Shown: piece after piece, positions 40,165 through 50,056 of the stretch
Position numbering within the stretch: the first letter of the stretch is position 1
How the letters are laid out: every line of letters begins with the position of its first letter
Source of the DNA: an uncultured Haloferula sp.
GTDB taxonomy: Bacteria; Verrucomicrobiota; Verrucomicrobiia; Verrucomicrobiales; Akkermansiaceae
Length of the DNA stretch: 64,000 nt
Assembly (NCBI GenBank): GCA_965652295.1
Contig: CBFGTS010000011.1
Span: 1 to 64,000, forward strand
Direction of reading: 5' to 3'
The notes under the pieces: model-generated
What the model was told of the DNA's origin: nothing
Database searches by the model: none
The model's input: the letters and a program-made list of their open reading frames with translations, nothing else
Program-made: the position numbers and the translations under genes

Positions 40165-40183
40165 TTCAAGCGTTTGTTTGACA
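40165..40183 (+). promoter_or_regulatory. PsrA-like operator overlapping a TTGACA -35 box
   Basis: TTCAAGCG-TT-TGTTTGAC resembles the PsrA-type CAAAC-N-GTTTG palindrome; perfect TTGACA at 40178-40183. Confidence 0.65.
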
Positions 40184-40211
40184 ATGCTGGCGGGGAGGCA
40201 AGTTTTGCGCC

Positions 40212-40937
40212 GTGAAAGCCTCGATGACCAAGGTGGAGAGCGGGATTGCGACCCGCCAACGGCTGTTGGAAGCGGCCGAGGAATTGTTCGCCCAACACGG
40301 GTTTGAAAAGGTTGCTGTAAGGGATGTGACGGACAAGGCCGGAGCCAACGTGGCGGCGGTGAACTACCATTTCGGCAGTCGCGAGCAGTTGGTCGAGAAA
40401 GTCATCGAGCGCTACCTCACGCCGATCAACGAAGAGCGCCTGGCACGGCTTGACGCTCTGGAGCGGAAGGCTCCGGGCAAGGTCGTGAGCCTGGAGGAAA
40501 TACTCGAAGCCTTCGTTCGTCCCTTTCTTACCCAGCTCCGGCGTAGCGAGCTTTCCGAGCGGATGTGCCTGCGGCTGATCGGGCGGCTTTTCGGGGATCG
40601 GGCCGGGCAAATGCCCCAAGCGCTGACCATTCAATTCCAGTTGGTAATGAATCGATTCAAGCGGGCGTTTGAAAGGGCCTTGCCGGGGGTGGCCGAGGAG
40701 GATTTGATCTGGCGATCCTACTTCATGGCGGGCGCGATGATTCATGCCATGGGCAACGTGGAGGTGTTGCAGCAGGTCACCCAGGGCGACTGCGGGAATC
40801 CTTCGATGGAGCTGACCCTTTCGCGCTTCATCCGCTTCGCAGCGGCCGGAATGAGGCAGGGGGCAGGGGTGGGGGCGCCGGACTCTGATAAAGCGGAAAA
40901 ATCAGAGGATATTCCTCAAGGTGAGTTCCTTTTCTAA
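40212..40937 (+). CDS. TetR/AcrR family regulator, PsrA-like
   Basis: TRQRLLEAAEELFAQHGF...ANVAAVNYHFGS HTH; LIWRSYFMAGAM C-domain. Confidence 0.92.
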   Translation: MKASMTKVESGIATRQRLLEAAEELFAQHGFEKVAVRDVTDKAGANVAAVNYHFGSREQLVEKVIERYLTPINEERLARLDALERKAPGKVVSLEEILEAFVRPFLTQLRRSELSERMCLRLIGRLFGDRAGQMPQALTIQFQLVMNRFKRAFERALPGVAEEDLIWRSYFMAGAMIHAMGNVEVLQQVTQGDCGNPSMELTLSRFIRFAAAGMRQGAGVGAPDSDKAEKSEDIPQGEFLF

Positions 40938-40944
40938 GTTTTCT

Positions 40945-42357
40945 ATGAATCTTGGAAGCGTGGGATTCGCAATGGTGGCGGGTGGTCTGCTGACCGGCTG
41001 CATGATTCAGCCTCCGTCGAGCCGGATGGCCGAGGGTGGGGTTGCTCCCGGCTCGTGGTCGGCGACCCGGCAAGGCCAGGCGGGCGTCGATGACAAGTGG
41101 GTGGAGCGTATTGGAAACAATCGCTTGAAACGATTGATTTCCGAGGCGTATGCGGCCAATCCGGACTTGCGGGCGGCGGCGGCGCGGGTCCAGCGGGCGG
41201 CAGCGGTGGCGAAGGGTGCGGGCGCGGCGGCAAGACCCCAGCTGAACGCGGGTTTCAGTGCCAACCGGCAGAAGCAGAATTTCATCGGCCTGCCGATCGG
41301 CGGCGGGGGCGGCGTGTTGTCGTCGATTTCCGAAAGCTACGGCGCGTCGCTGAACCTGAGCTGGGAGATCGATTTGTGGGGCAAGGTCCGGGCTGGCGAA
41401 CAGGCTGCCCTGGCGGACTTGCAGGCGCAGGGAGAGACGTACCGGGCAGCGCGGGCCTCCCTGGCAGCCCAGGTGGCGCGGGCGTGGCTGGCGCTAGCGG
41501 AAGCGAACGAGCAGATCGAGCTTGCGGAGCAGGCGCTCAAGGTGCGGCGGGACAATGCGGAGTTGATTTTCGGACGCTTCGAGACGGCTGCGGCGGAGGC
41601 CGGAGCCAGCGGGGCCCAGGTGCGGCTCGCGGAGACGGATGTGGCGACGGCTGAGGCGAGCCTTTCGCAGCGCCGCGGCGAGGCCGATCAGGCGAAGCGG
41701 CAGTTGGAGATCCTGCTGGGGCGTTATCCTTCCGCGGAGATTCTGGGTGCGAAGCTTCCGGACGTGCCGCCGTTTCCGCCTGCCGGGCTGCCTTCCGAGC
41801 TGCTGCTGCGGCGCCCCGATATCCTCGCGGCCGAGCGCCGGCTCGCGGCGGCGGGGAAACGCCTGACGGAGGCGAGACTGGCCTACTACCCGAGCTTCCC
41901 GCTGACGGCTTCGGCCGGGACGACGACCAACGAGCTGAGGAATATCTTCGACAGCGATTTCGGCGTGTGGTCGATCGGCGGACGGATCGCCCAGCCGATT
42001 CTGGCGGGCGGCCAGCTGCGTTCGCAGGAGGAAATCCGAAGCGCTGAAGAAAAGGAGGCGCTGGCGAACTTGCAGCAGACGGTGCTGAACGGCTTCGGCG
42101 AAGTGGAGACGGCGCTCGCGGCCGATCGTTTCCTGGCGGAGCGCGAGAAGTCGGTGGCGGAGGCGCTGGAGTTGGCCGCGGATGGAGCGGATTCCGCCCA
42201 GGAGGATTTTGCCGGGGGTGCGGGCGACGTGCTGACGCTGCTGCAAGCGCAGTCGCGGCGGCTGGAACTGGCTTCGCAGCGGCTCTCGCTCCGTCGCCTG
42301 CGGCTGGACAACCGCGTGACCCTGCACCTCGCCCTCGGTGGCGACTACCGACCCTGA
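40945..42357 (+). CDS. RND efflux outer membrane factor lipoprotein (NodT/OprM-like)
   Basis: Lipobox LTGC, SWEIDLWGK, LPSELLLRRPDI, LHLALGG. Confidence 0.95.
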   Translation: MNLGSVGFAMVAGGLLTGCMIQPPSSRMAEGGVAPGSWSATRQGQAGVDDKWVERIGNNRLKRLISEAYAANPDLRAAAARVQRAAAVAKGAGAAARPQLNAGFSANRQKQNFIGLPIGGGGGVLSSISESYGASLNLSWEIDLWGKVRAGEQAALADLQAQGETYRAARASLAAQVARAWLALAEANEQIELAEQALKVRRDNAELIFGRFETAAAEAGASGAQVRLAETDVATAEASLSQRRGEADQAKRQLEILLGRYPSAEILGAKLPDVPPFPPAGLPSELLLRRPDILAAERRLAAAGKRLTEARLAYYPSFPLTASAGTTTNELRNIFDSDFGVWSIGGRIAQPILAGGQLRSQEEIRSAEEKEALANLQQTVLNGFGEVETALAADRFLAEREKSVAEALELAADGADSAQEDFAGGAGDVLTLLQAQSRRLELASQRLSLRRLRLDNRVTLHLALGGDYRP

Positions 42358-42376
42358 TTTCCAACTCTGATTGTTT

Positions 42377-43552
42377 ATGACCGATTCCAACGAAACTCCG
42401 CATCCCGAGGAAGAAGTGCACCGTCGCTCGGCGATCCGCGCGGTGACGTCGTTCGTGCTGGCGCTGGCGATTCTGGTGGTGGCGTTCGTTTTCGGAGTGG
42501 TGATGTTTTTGGACCGTGAAAAGGCCGAGACGGTGGAAACCGAAAAGACCATCCCGGCGGTGCGGACCGAGGCGATCGATCCCGGTGAAGTGACGCCCGT
42601 GCTCAACAGCGAGGGGGTGGTTGAGAGCCGGCGGGAGGTGAAGCTGGCCGCGCAGGTCGGCGGGAGGGTCGAGTGGATTTCCGATCAGCTTGTTCCGGGC
42701 GGAGAGGTGGGCGAGAACGAGGTGTTGGTGCGGATCGAGGTGTCCGACCTGAAGGCCCGCCTCGCGGCGGCCGAGTCGGCGCTGGCCGAGGCGGAGCTGA
42801 CGCTGGAAGTGGAAAAAGCCAAGGGCGAGCAGGCCCGGCGGGACTGGGCGAAGCTGGGGCGGGGAGAGCCCTCCGAGCTGACCTTGCGCCGACCGCAGAT
42901 TGCCAGCGCGGAAGAGCGTGTGGAATCCGCCGCGCAGGAAGTTGAACGCTCGCGGCGCGATGTCGAACGGGCGGAGATCCGGGCACCTTTCGCGGGGCGG
43001 ATCCGCACGGCCTCGGCTGAGGTCGGGGCGATTCTCGCGCCGGGCACGGTGGTGGCGGATCTCTATTCCGACTCGGATCTGGAGGTGGAGCTGCCGTTTC
43101 CCCTGAGGGACTTCGGCTTCATTGATCGCGAGGCGCACCCCGAGTTCAAGATCGCCGCCATGCTGGGCGGTGAGCGGCGCGAATGGCCGGCGAGGCTGGT
43201 CCGGGTTTCCGGCGAAGTCGAGCGGACGACGCTGACCGGAAAGGTGATCGCGAAGGTCATGGCGAACGACGACGGCTTTCCGCCGGTCGGGCTTTTCGTG
43301 GAGGCGGAGTTTCCGGGACGGACGATCCGTGAAGTGGTTGAGGTTCCTCGCTCGGCGGTGCGCGGCTTGAACGAGGTGTGGGTCGTGCGCGGGCAGCGAC
43401 TGGAGAAGATCGAGATCGAAGAAGTCTGGTCGACCCGCGAAACGGTAGTCGTTCGTGGGCCCTTCGAGCAGGGCGATCGCCTGTTGCTCACCCGCGTGGG
43501 CACGCCGGTCGAGGGGATGGAGGTCCGCGAAGTGGAGGAGGAGGCGAAATGA
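42377..43552 (+). CDS. RND efflux periplasmic adaptor (MFP)
   Basis: TM anchor, QVGGRV, alpha-hairpin, IRAPFAG, VPRSAV. Confidence 0.93.
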   Translation: MTDSNETPHPEEEVHRRSAIRAVTSFVLALAILVVAFVFGVVMFLDREKAETVETEKTIPAVRTEAIDPGEVTPVLNSEGVVESRREVKLAAQVGGRVEWISDQLVPGGEVGENEVLVRIEVSDLKARLAAAESALAEAELTLEVEKAKGEQARRDWAKLGRGEPSELTLRRPQIASAEERVESAAQEVERSRRDVERAEIRAPFAGRIRTASAEVGAILAPGTVVADLYSDSDLEVELPFPLRDFGFIDREAHPEFKIAAMLGGERREWPARLVRVSGEVERTTLTGKVIAKVMANDDGFPPVGLFVEAEFPGRTIREVVEVPRSAVRGLNEVWVVRGQRLEKIEIEEVWSTRETVVVRGPFEQGDRLLLTRVGTPVEGMEVREVEEEAK

Positions 43553-46500
43553 AGGCCGCGGTGAAATGGTTCAGCGAGAACCACGTCGCGGGCAATTTTC
43601 TGATGCTGGCGGTGGTGCTGGCCGGGTTCACGACCTGGTTTCAGCTCAAAAAGGAGATTTTCCCGGAGACGTCGATCGATGCGATCGCGGTTCAGATTCC
43701 GTATCCGAACGCCACCCCGGAGGAGGTCGAGCGGGGTGTTTGCGTGCCGGTCGAGGAGGCGGTGGCCGACCTCACGGGAATCAAGAAACTCCGGTCAACG
43801 GCCACGCAAAATATCGGCGTGGTGACCATCGAGGTGGAGACCGGATACGACACCCGTGAGGTGATGGACGACGTGAAGACCCGCGTCGATGCCATCGATA
43901 ACTTTCCCGAGCAGGCAGAGAAACCCGTGCTGGAGGAGATCCTGATCAAGAACCCGGTAATGAGCCTGGCGATCACGACCGAACGCGAGGTGGATGAAAT
44001 GACGCTCACCCGGCTGGCGGAGAGCATCCGCGACGACCTGCTCACCTACGAGGGACCGGGACCGAAGACGGTCATGGATGTGGTGGCCAATTTCCTGCGC
44101 GGGAAGCCCTCGATTTCCCAGGTGTCGATTGCAGGCACCCGCGACTACGAGATTTCCATCGAGGTCTCCGAAGACCGCCTGCGCGAGCTGGGCCTGACGC
44201 ACGAGCAGGTCGCCGCGGCGGTGCGCCGGACTTCGGTGGATCTGCCGGGCGGCTCGATCCGCACGGAGGGCGGCGAGGTGATCGTCCGCGCGCTGGGAAA
44301 GCGCTACACCGCGAACGAATTCTGCACGATCCCGGTGGCGACGCGTCCGGACGGATCGGAGGTGCTGCTGGAGGAAATCGCCGAGATTCACGATGGCTTC
44401 GAGGACGTGGATCTTTCCGCCAGCTTCGATGGTCGTTCGGCGGTGCTGGTGAACGTGTACCGGGTGGGGAGCGAGGACACGCTTGCGCTGGCCCAGCTCG
44501 TGAAGGACTACGTCGATCACTCCGAGGCGCGTGTGCCGGAAGGGGTGAACGTTTCCATCTGGAACGATCAGAGTGCGTATCTCAAGGGCAGGCTTGAGTT
44601 GCTCCAGCGCAACGCGGTGTTCGGTCTGCTCCTCGTGCTGCTGGTGCTGGCGCTGTTCCTGCGGCCTTCGCTTGCATTTCTGGTGGCGCTGGGCATCCCG
44701 GTTTCCTTCGCCGGCGGCATCTGGCTGATGCCGGTATTCGGCATCTCGATCAACATGATCTCGCTGTTCTCCTTCATCCTGGTGCTGGGAATCGTGGTGG
44801 ACGACGCGATCGTGACCGGGGAGAACGTCTACTCGAGGATCCAGAAAGGCGAGCATCCACGGCAAGCGTCGTACTTGGGCACGCACGAGGTGGGCACGGT
44901 GGTGATCTTCGGCGTGCTCACGACCATGGCGGCGTTCACGCCGATGCTCGGGTTGAGTGGGGTTTCGGGGAAAATCTGGCCGAACATCCCGCTGGTGGTG
45001 ATCCCGACGCTCGCGTTCTCACTGCTGCAATCGAAGCTGGTCCTGCCCGCCCACCTCGCGTTGCTGGCTCCGCATCAGAAGGAGAAACCGCGCAACCCGA
45101 TCTTCCGGCTCCAGCGGTTCATCGCCGACGGGTTGGAGCGGTTCGTGGAGAAGGTTTACACGCCGGCGCTGGAGGTTTGCCTGCGCTGGCGGATCGTCAC
45201 GGCGGCCGCGTTCCTGGGGTTGCTGATCGCTTCGTTCGGTTTTGTCGCGGGGGGACACGTGAAATTCAAATTCTTCCCCGAGGTCGAGGGTGACATCCTC
45301 TCGGCCAAGTTCGAGCTGCCGCAGGGGGCTCCTTTCGATGCCACTCAGGAGATCGGGGAGAGGCTCGAGGCTGCGGCGATGAAAGTCGGCCAGGAGTTGA
45401 AAAACAACGCGGGTGAGCCGGTGATCCGGCACCTGCTGGCCTCCTCCGGCACGCAACCGTTTCAGACCGGCTTCAACCCGAATGGTCCGCCGAAAGCCAC
45501 TCACCTCGGCGAGGTGACGCTGGAACTCACGCCGGCTGCGGGTCGATCCGTGACCGGGCGGGAGTTCATCGATGCCTGGCGCAAGGAAGCCGGCGATCTG
45601 CCGGGCTTGGAGGAGATCTCCTTCAAAGCGGAAACCGCGGGCGGAGGAAATGCGTTCGATTTCAATCTGGTGGGGCCTGACTTGCCGCGATTGCGCGAGG
45701 CGACGGACTGGGTGAAGGCCGAGCTTGGCGAGTATGCCGGCGTGATCGACATCGCCGACTCGAACCGCGCGGGAAAAGACGAGCTGCGGCTGATCCGGCT
45801 GACGCCGCAGGGCAAGGCGCTTGGCCTCAGACTCGACGACGTCGCCCACCAGGTGCGGGATGCCTTTTACGGAAACGAAGCCCAACGGCTTCAACGCGGC
45901 CGCGACGAGGTGAAGGTGATGATTCGCTATCCTCAGGAAGATCGTCGCCGACTGTCATCGCTGGAAAACATGCGCATCCGTACCCCGGACGGGGCGGAGG
46001 TGCCGCTGCCGCAGGTGGTGGAATACGAGTTCGGCCGCGGCCCGGCGGTGATCAATCGCACCGATCGACAGCGCTCCATCAAGATCACGGCCGATGTCGA
46101 GGGGGGGACGAACGCGAATGAGGTGATGGGGACCTACCGGCCCCAGATTCTCGAAAAGCTGCCGCAAAAGTTTCCCGGAGTGCGTTATCAGCAGGAGGGC
46201 GAGCAGAAGGACCAGGCGGACAGCGTGCGGGAGATCGGGATCGGTTTCCTCGGGGCTCTGGTGATGATGTATGTGCTGATCGCCGTGCCGCTGCGCTCCT
46301 ACTGGCAGCCGTTGATCATCATGGTGGTGATCCCCTTCGGCCTGATCGGAGCGATCGGCGGTCACCTGTTGTTGGGGATGAATCTTTCGATCATGTCGAT
46401 GTGCGGCTTGGTCGCGCTGGCCGGGGTGGTGGTGAACGACTCGTTGGTGCTGGTGGACTTCGTGAACCGCCACCGCGATGAAGCGGGATCGATCGTTGAA

Positions 46501-46773
46501 GCGGCGCGACAAGCCGGGGCGCGGCGCTTCCGGGCGATCCTGCTGACTTCGTTGACGACCTTCGCCGGGCTGATGCCGATGCTGGTGGAAACCGACGTCC
46601 AGGCGCGCTTTCTGATTCCGATGGCGGTGTCCCTGGGCTTCGGGATTTTGTTCGCGACGGTGATCACGCTGTTCCTCGTGCCGTGCGTGTATGTGCTTTT
46701 GGAGGATGTCAGGAAGCTGATGACCGGCCGGAAGATGAAGCGTTTGGAAGCGGAAGCGGGGAGGGTGGCATAG
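43549..46773 (+). CDS. RND efflux permease (AcrB/AcrD/AcrF family)
   Basis: LGIVVDDAIVTGEN, GVVVNDSLVLVD, RFRAILLTSLTT; ATGA overlap with the MFP. Confidence 0.96.
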   Translation: MKAAVKWFSENHVAGNFLMLAVVLAGFTTWFQLKKEIFPETSIDAIAVQIPYPNATPEEVERGVCVPVEEAVADLTGIKKLRSTATQNIGVVTIEVETGYDTREVMDDVKTRVDAIDNFPEQAEKPVLEEILIKNPVMSLAITTEREVDEMTLTRLAESIRDDLLTYEGPGPKTVMDVVANFLRGKPSISQVSIAGTRDYEISIEVSEDRLRELGLTHEQVAAAVRRTSVDLPGGSIRTEGGEVIVRALGKRYTANEFCTIPVATRPDGSEVLLEEIAEIHDGFEDVDLSASFDGRSAVLVNVYRVGSEDTLALAQLVKDYVDHSEARVPEGVNVSIWNDQSAYLKGRLELLQRNAVFGLLLVLLVLALFLRPSLAFLVALGIPVSFAGGIWLMPVFGISINMISLFSFILVLGIVVDDAIVTGENVYSRIQKGEHPRQASYLGTHEVGTVVIFGVLTTMAAFTPMLGLSGVSGKIWPNIPLVVIPTLAFSLLQSKLVLPAHLALLAPHQKEKPRNPIFRLQRFIADGLERFVEKVYTPALEVCLRWRIVTAAAFLGLLIASFGFVAGGHVKFKFFPEVEGDILSAKFELPQGAPFDATQEIGERLEAAAMKVGQELKNNAGEPVIRHLLASSGTQPFQTGFNPNGPPKATHLGEVTLELTPAAGRSVTGREFIDAWRKEAGDLPGLEEISFKAETAGGGNAFDFNLVGPDLPRLREATDWVKAELGEYAGVIDIADSNRAGKDELRLIRLTPQGKALGLRLDDVAHQVRDAFYGNEAQRLQRGRDEVKVMIRYPQEDRRRLSSLENMRIRTPDGAEVPLPQVVEYEFGRGPAVINRTDRQRSIKITADVEGGTNANEVMGTYRPQILEKLPQKFPGVRYQQEGEQKDQADSVREIGIGFLGALVMMYVLIAVPLRSYWQPLIIMVVIPFGLIGAIGGHLLLGMNLSIMSMCGLVALAGVVVNDSLVLVDFVNRHRDEAGSIVEAARQAGARRFRAILLTSLTTFAGLMPMLVETDVQARFLIPMAVSLGFGILFATVITLFLVPCVYVLLEDVRKLMTGRKMKRLEAEAGRVA

Positions 46774-46908
46774 GAGGTGGGACGCCCTCGTCCCACAAAA
46801 GGTGGAGCTGGTCTCACCGATGTTGGGGAAAACGAAACTCCTCCTGCTGCCGCCTTCAAGAGCGCCGCGGGCTGCGAGGGTTACGGGACGAGGGCGTCCC
46901 GCCTCCTA
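46771..46908. repeat. Inverted REP doublet (REPIN-like) TAGGAGGYGGGACGCCCTCGTCCC
   Basis: Copies 46771-46797 (+) and 46884-46908 (-); each begins with the TAG stop of the flanking convergent gene. Confidence 0.88.
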
Positions 46909-47976
46909 TTCCAAAACGTCCGGATAGGAGCCGAGGATCTTCACCAGCGAGCAGTGTTTTTCCAGTTCGCCGAGGGCTTCCTTGACCGCTTCATCGGCGC
47001 AGTGGCCGGCGAGGTCGACGTAGAAGATATACTCCCAGTCCTTGCGTTTGGAGGGGCGGCTCTCGATCTTCGACATGTTGATATCGAAATGCTCGAAGGC
47101 CTGCAGGGCGCGGACCAGGGAACCGGGACGATCATGGATGGCGAACAGCAGGGAGGTGCGATCGTTGCCGGTGGGGGGGCAGGTTTTTTCGCCGATCACC
47201 AGGAAGCGGGTGGTATTGGTCGCGCGGTCCTGGATGCATTCCTCGAGCATCTGGAGGCCGTTCATTTCGGCAGCCAGCGGTCCGCCGAGGGCTGCGGCAC
47301 CTTCGGATGCCTTCTCGCGGGCGATTGCGGCGGCGCGGGTGGTGGAGGACACCTCCACGAGGTCGGCCTCGGGGAAATGGCGCAGGATCCAGGTGCGGCA
47401 CTGGCCGAAGACCTGGGGGTGGGAATAGAGCGTGCGGATCTCCTCGCGAGGGATCGCGGCCATCAGACCGTTTTCAATGCGCAGCAGGATCTGGGCGCAG
47501 ATCTGGAGATGGGAGTCGACGAACAGATCGAGGGTGTGGGAGACGGCACCCTCGGTGGAGTTCTCGATCGGGACGACGCCGTAATCGGCCCTGCGACGGC
47601 TGACCTGATCGAACACCTCGGCGAAATTCGGCTGGGCCGAGTAGGCAACGGAGTGGCCGAATTTCTTGATCGCGGCCTGGTGCGTCCAGGTGCCTTCGGG
47701 GCCGAGGTAGGCGATCTTGAGGTCGTCCTCGAGCGCGAGGGCGGCGGACATGATCTCGCGGTAGATGGCGCGGATCGATTTCTCCGGCAGGCGACCGGAG
47801 TTCATCTCGATGAGCTTTCGCAGCAGGGCTTCTTCGCGCTCCGGGGCGTAGATCTGGAGGCCATCGCGCTTTTTCACCACGCCGACTTCATGGACGAGTT
47901 CAGCGCGCTGGGAGAGGAGCTGGAGGAGCTGGTGGTCGATGCGATCGATGTCGCGGCGGATGTCGTCGAGGTTCAC
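46906..47976 (-). CDS. pheA: Chorismate mutase/prephenate dehydratase
   Basis: CM domain, YLGPEGT, VPIENSTEG, NTTRFLVIG, SKIESRP ACT domain. Confidence 0.97.
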   Translation of the reverse strand: MNLDDIRRDIDRIDHQLLQLLSQRAELVHEVGVVKKRDGLQIYAPEREEALLRKLIEMNSGRLPEKSIRAIYREIMSAALALEDDLKIAYLGPEGTWTHQAAIKKFGHSVAYSAQPNFAEVFDQVSRRRADYGVVPIENSTEGAVSHTLDLFVDSHLQICAQILLRIENGLMAAIPREEIRTLYSHPQVFGQCRTWILRHFPEADLVEVSSTTRAAAIAREKASEGAAALGGPLAAEMNGLQMLEECIQDRATNTTRFLVIGEKTCPPTGNDRTSLLFAIHDRPGSLVRALQAFEHFDINMSKIESRPSKRKDWEYIFYVDLAGHCADEAVKEALGELEKHCSLVKILGSYPDVLE

Positions 47977-48725
47977 GGCGTGTCCTGGGAGGCGGCTTCG
48001 GTTTCCGGCGTTTCCGGAGAAGGTGCGTCGGCCGGGGCGGCGTTCTTGCCGGTGGCCTTGAGGGCGAGCTGTTCCTCGGCGCTGGCGGCGGGCTTCTGAT
48101 CGCCGGGCTCGGGCAGTTTCACTTTGCGCAACTCGCCGGAGTTCGGGAGGTCATCGATCGAGCGGATCCCGAAGTGCTCGAAGAACAGCTCGGTGGTTTC
48201 GTAGAGCAATGGGCGTCCCGGCAGCTCGGCACGGCCGCCGATGCGGACCAGTTCGCGGTCGAGGAGCTTTTGCAGCATGCCATCGCAGGAGACTCCACGG
48301 ACGGCCTCGATGGCGGCCTTGGTGATCGGCTGGCGGTAGGCGATGATGGCGAGCGTTTCCATGGCGGGGGCGCTGAGCCGCTCGGGGCGGCGGCCGGGAA
48401 AAAGATGGCGCACGAATTCGCCGTAGTCGCCGCGGGTGAAAATGCGCCAGCCCTTGGCTCGTTCGGAGAGGGTGAAGGCGCGGCCGCTTTCCTGGTAGTG
48501 GCGGTTGAGCGCGCCGATGGCGGTGACGACGTCCTCGGCCGAGGTGGTGGCCAGCGTGGTAAGCCAGTCCGGCAGGTCGCCCGGTTGCCGGCCTTCCTCG
48601 ATTTCGCGGGCGCGGACGTCCTCGGCTTCCGCCACGCGGGCACGGACGAGGCGGGCGAGTTCCTCGGCGGGCAGGGCCTCGTCCGAGGCGGTGAGGAGGG
48701 CTTCGATGATGGACGGCAGTTCCAT
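47973..48725 (-). CDS. scpB: SMC-Scp complex subunit ScpB
   Basis: IEALL, LSAPAMETLAIIAYRQPIT, GRPLLYETT..F..HFGI. Confidence 0.95.
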   Translation of the reverse strand: MELPSIIEALLTASDEALPAEELARLVRARVAEAEDVRAREIEEGRQPGDLPDWLTTLATTSAEDVVTAIGALNRHYQESGRAFTLSERAKGWRIFTRGDYGEFVRHLFPGRRPERLSAPAMETLAIIAYRQPITKAAIEAVRGVSCDGMLQKLLDRELVRIGGRAELPGRPLLYETTELFFEHFGIRSIDDLPNSGELRKVKLPEPGDQKPAASAEEQLALKATGKNAAPADAPSPETPETEAASQDTP

Positions 48726-48911
48726 GGCGGGCGCGCAGCTTAGGTCGTGGTGGCGGCAGTTCAAGCGCGCCGAGTCTTTGGATGGAAAGCCATGCGGGAA
48801 ACTTTCCGCTTGAAGTGAGAAGTCACGGGCGCTAATCGACCGCGCCCCGCTGGCAGAGCTTTTTCCATTGGCTCTGAAAGCGGGCCGCGTTTTCCGAACT
48901 GACCCACACTC

Positions 48912-49502
48912 ATGCCTGCTAAAAAAGCTGCCAAGAAGGCGACGGCCAAGACTGCCGCGAAGAAGGCTCCGGCGAAAAGCTCCGGAGAGAAATCCGCAGC
49001 GGCCGAGACCAAGGCCACCAATGGAGCCGCGAAGCTCAGCCCCTTCATTTCCAAGCAGCGCCAGCGGCTGCTCGACCTGCGCGATGAGTTGGTCGATGCG
49101 ATGTCCGGCGTGGCTGGGGAGATTCGCAACGGCCCGTCCGGCAGCGAGGCCTCCGGCAGCGGCATGCACCAGGGGGATGCGGGCAGCGACGCCTACGACC
49201 GCGACTTCGCTCTCAGCGTGCTGGCGAAGGAACAGGACGCCCTTTACGAGATCGAGCAGGCCTTGCGGCGGATCGAGCGCGGCGTTTACGGCGTGTGCGA
49301 AATGTCCGGGGAGAAGATTCCCCAAGCCCGCCTTGAAGCCATTCCTTTCGCCCGCCTGACGGTCCAATGCCAGGCCGACTGGGAGAAGGATTACGGCAAC
49401 CAGCGCTTCCGTCCGAAGGGCGAGGTGGGCTTCAGCAACGGACGCCTTTCCGATGACGATGAGGATTCGGACTCGGTTTCGCTTGACGGTGACAACGATT
49501 GA
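48912..49502 (+). CDS. dksA: DksA/TraR family regulator, 2-Cys variant with Lys/Ala-rich N-terminus
   Basis: Coiled coil with HQGDAGSD tip, IEQALRRI..G.YGVCEMSGEKIP.ARLEAIPFA. Confidence 0.85.
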   Translation: MPAKKAAKKATAKTAAKKAPAKSSGEKSAAAETKATNGAAKLSPFISKQRQRLLDLRDELVDAMSGVAGEIRNGPSGSEASGSGMHQGDAGSDAYDRDFALSVLAKEQDALYEIEQALRRIERGVYGVCEMSGEKIPQARLEAIPFARLTVQCQADWEKDYGNQRFRPKGEVGFSNGRLSDDDEDSDSVSLDGDND

Positions 49503-49555
49503 ACTAGTCTCCGCGCCCCTGCTTTCTCCGACCCATTTCCGACCCGTTTCTTTCC

Positions 49556-49729
49556 ATGCCACGCGATATCATCATCCTTGAATGCACCGAGGCCCGTGCC
49601 GAGGGCAAGTCACCGTCGCGCTACGTGACGACCCGGAACAAGAAAAGCCTCCGTACGCCAGGTCGTCTCGAGAAGGTGAAATTCAATCCGGCCCTGCAGC
49701 GCCGCACCATTCACCGCGAACTTCGCTAA
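49556..49729 (+). CDS. rpmG: 50S ribosomal protein L33
   Basis: Hand translation MPRDIIILECTEARAEGKSPSRYVTTRNKK...RLEKVKFNPALQRRTIHRELR; absent from the ORF track (57 aa). Confidence 0.95.
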   Translation: MPRDIIILECTEARAEGKSPSRYVTTRNKKSLRTPGRLEKVKFNPALQRRTIHRELR

Positions 49730-49735
49730 TTTATC

Positions 49736-49978
49736 ATGTCCGAACCGAAGACCGTCGAACGCCGGATCGCCTTCCGCAAGGCGAACCGCACCATGCCCCG
49801 CCGCCGTCTGGATATCCCGACGGAGCAAGTCACCTACACGCACCCCGAGCTGCTCTCGAAGTTCACCTCGGACACCGGCAAGATCCTGCCGCGCCGTGTG
49901 ACGGGCGTTTCCGCCAAGCTGCACCGCAAGATCACCCGCGAGATCAAGCGTGCGCGTGCCGTGAACCTGATGCGCTGA
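49736..49978 (+). CDS. rpsR: 30S ribosomal protein S18
   Basis: [19 protein letters not shown]...ITREIKRAR. Confidence 0.95.
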   Translation: MSEPKTVERRIAFRKANRTMPRRRLDIPTEQVTYTHPELLSKFTSDTGKILPRRVTGVSAKLHRKITREIKRARAVNLMR

Positions 49979-50016
49979 ACCGGCGTTTCCGGGAAACGGA
50001 GACCCGCTTTCCAAGA

Positions 50017-50050
50017 AGCCCGTCCGCGTTCCGCGCGTGCGGGCTTTTTT
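50017..50050 (+). terminator. Intrinsic terminator after rpsR
   Basis: AAGCCCG...CGGGCTT stem followed by a T-run. Confidence 0.7.
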
Positions 50051-50056
50051 CGTCCG

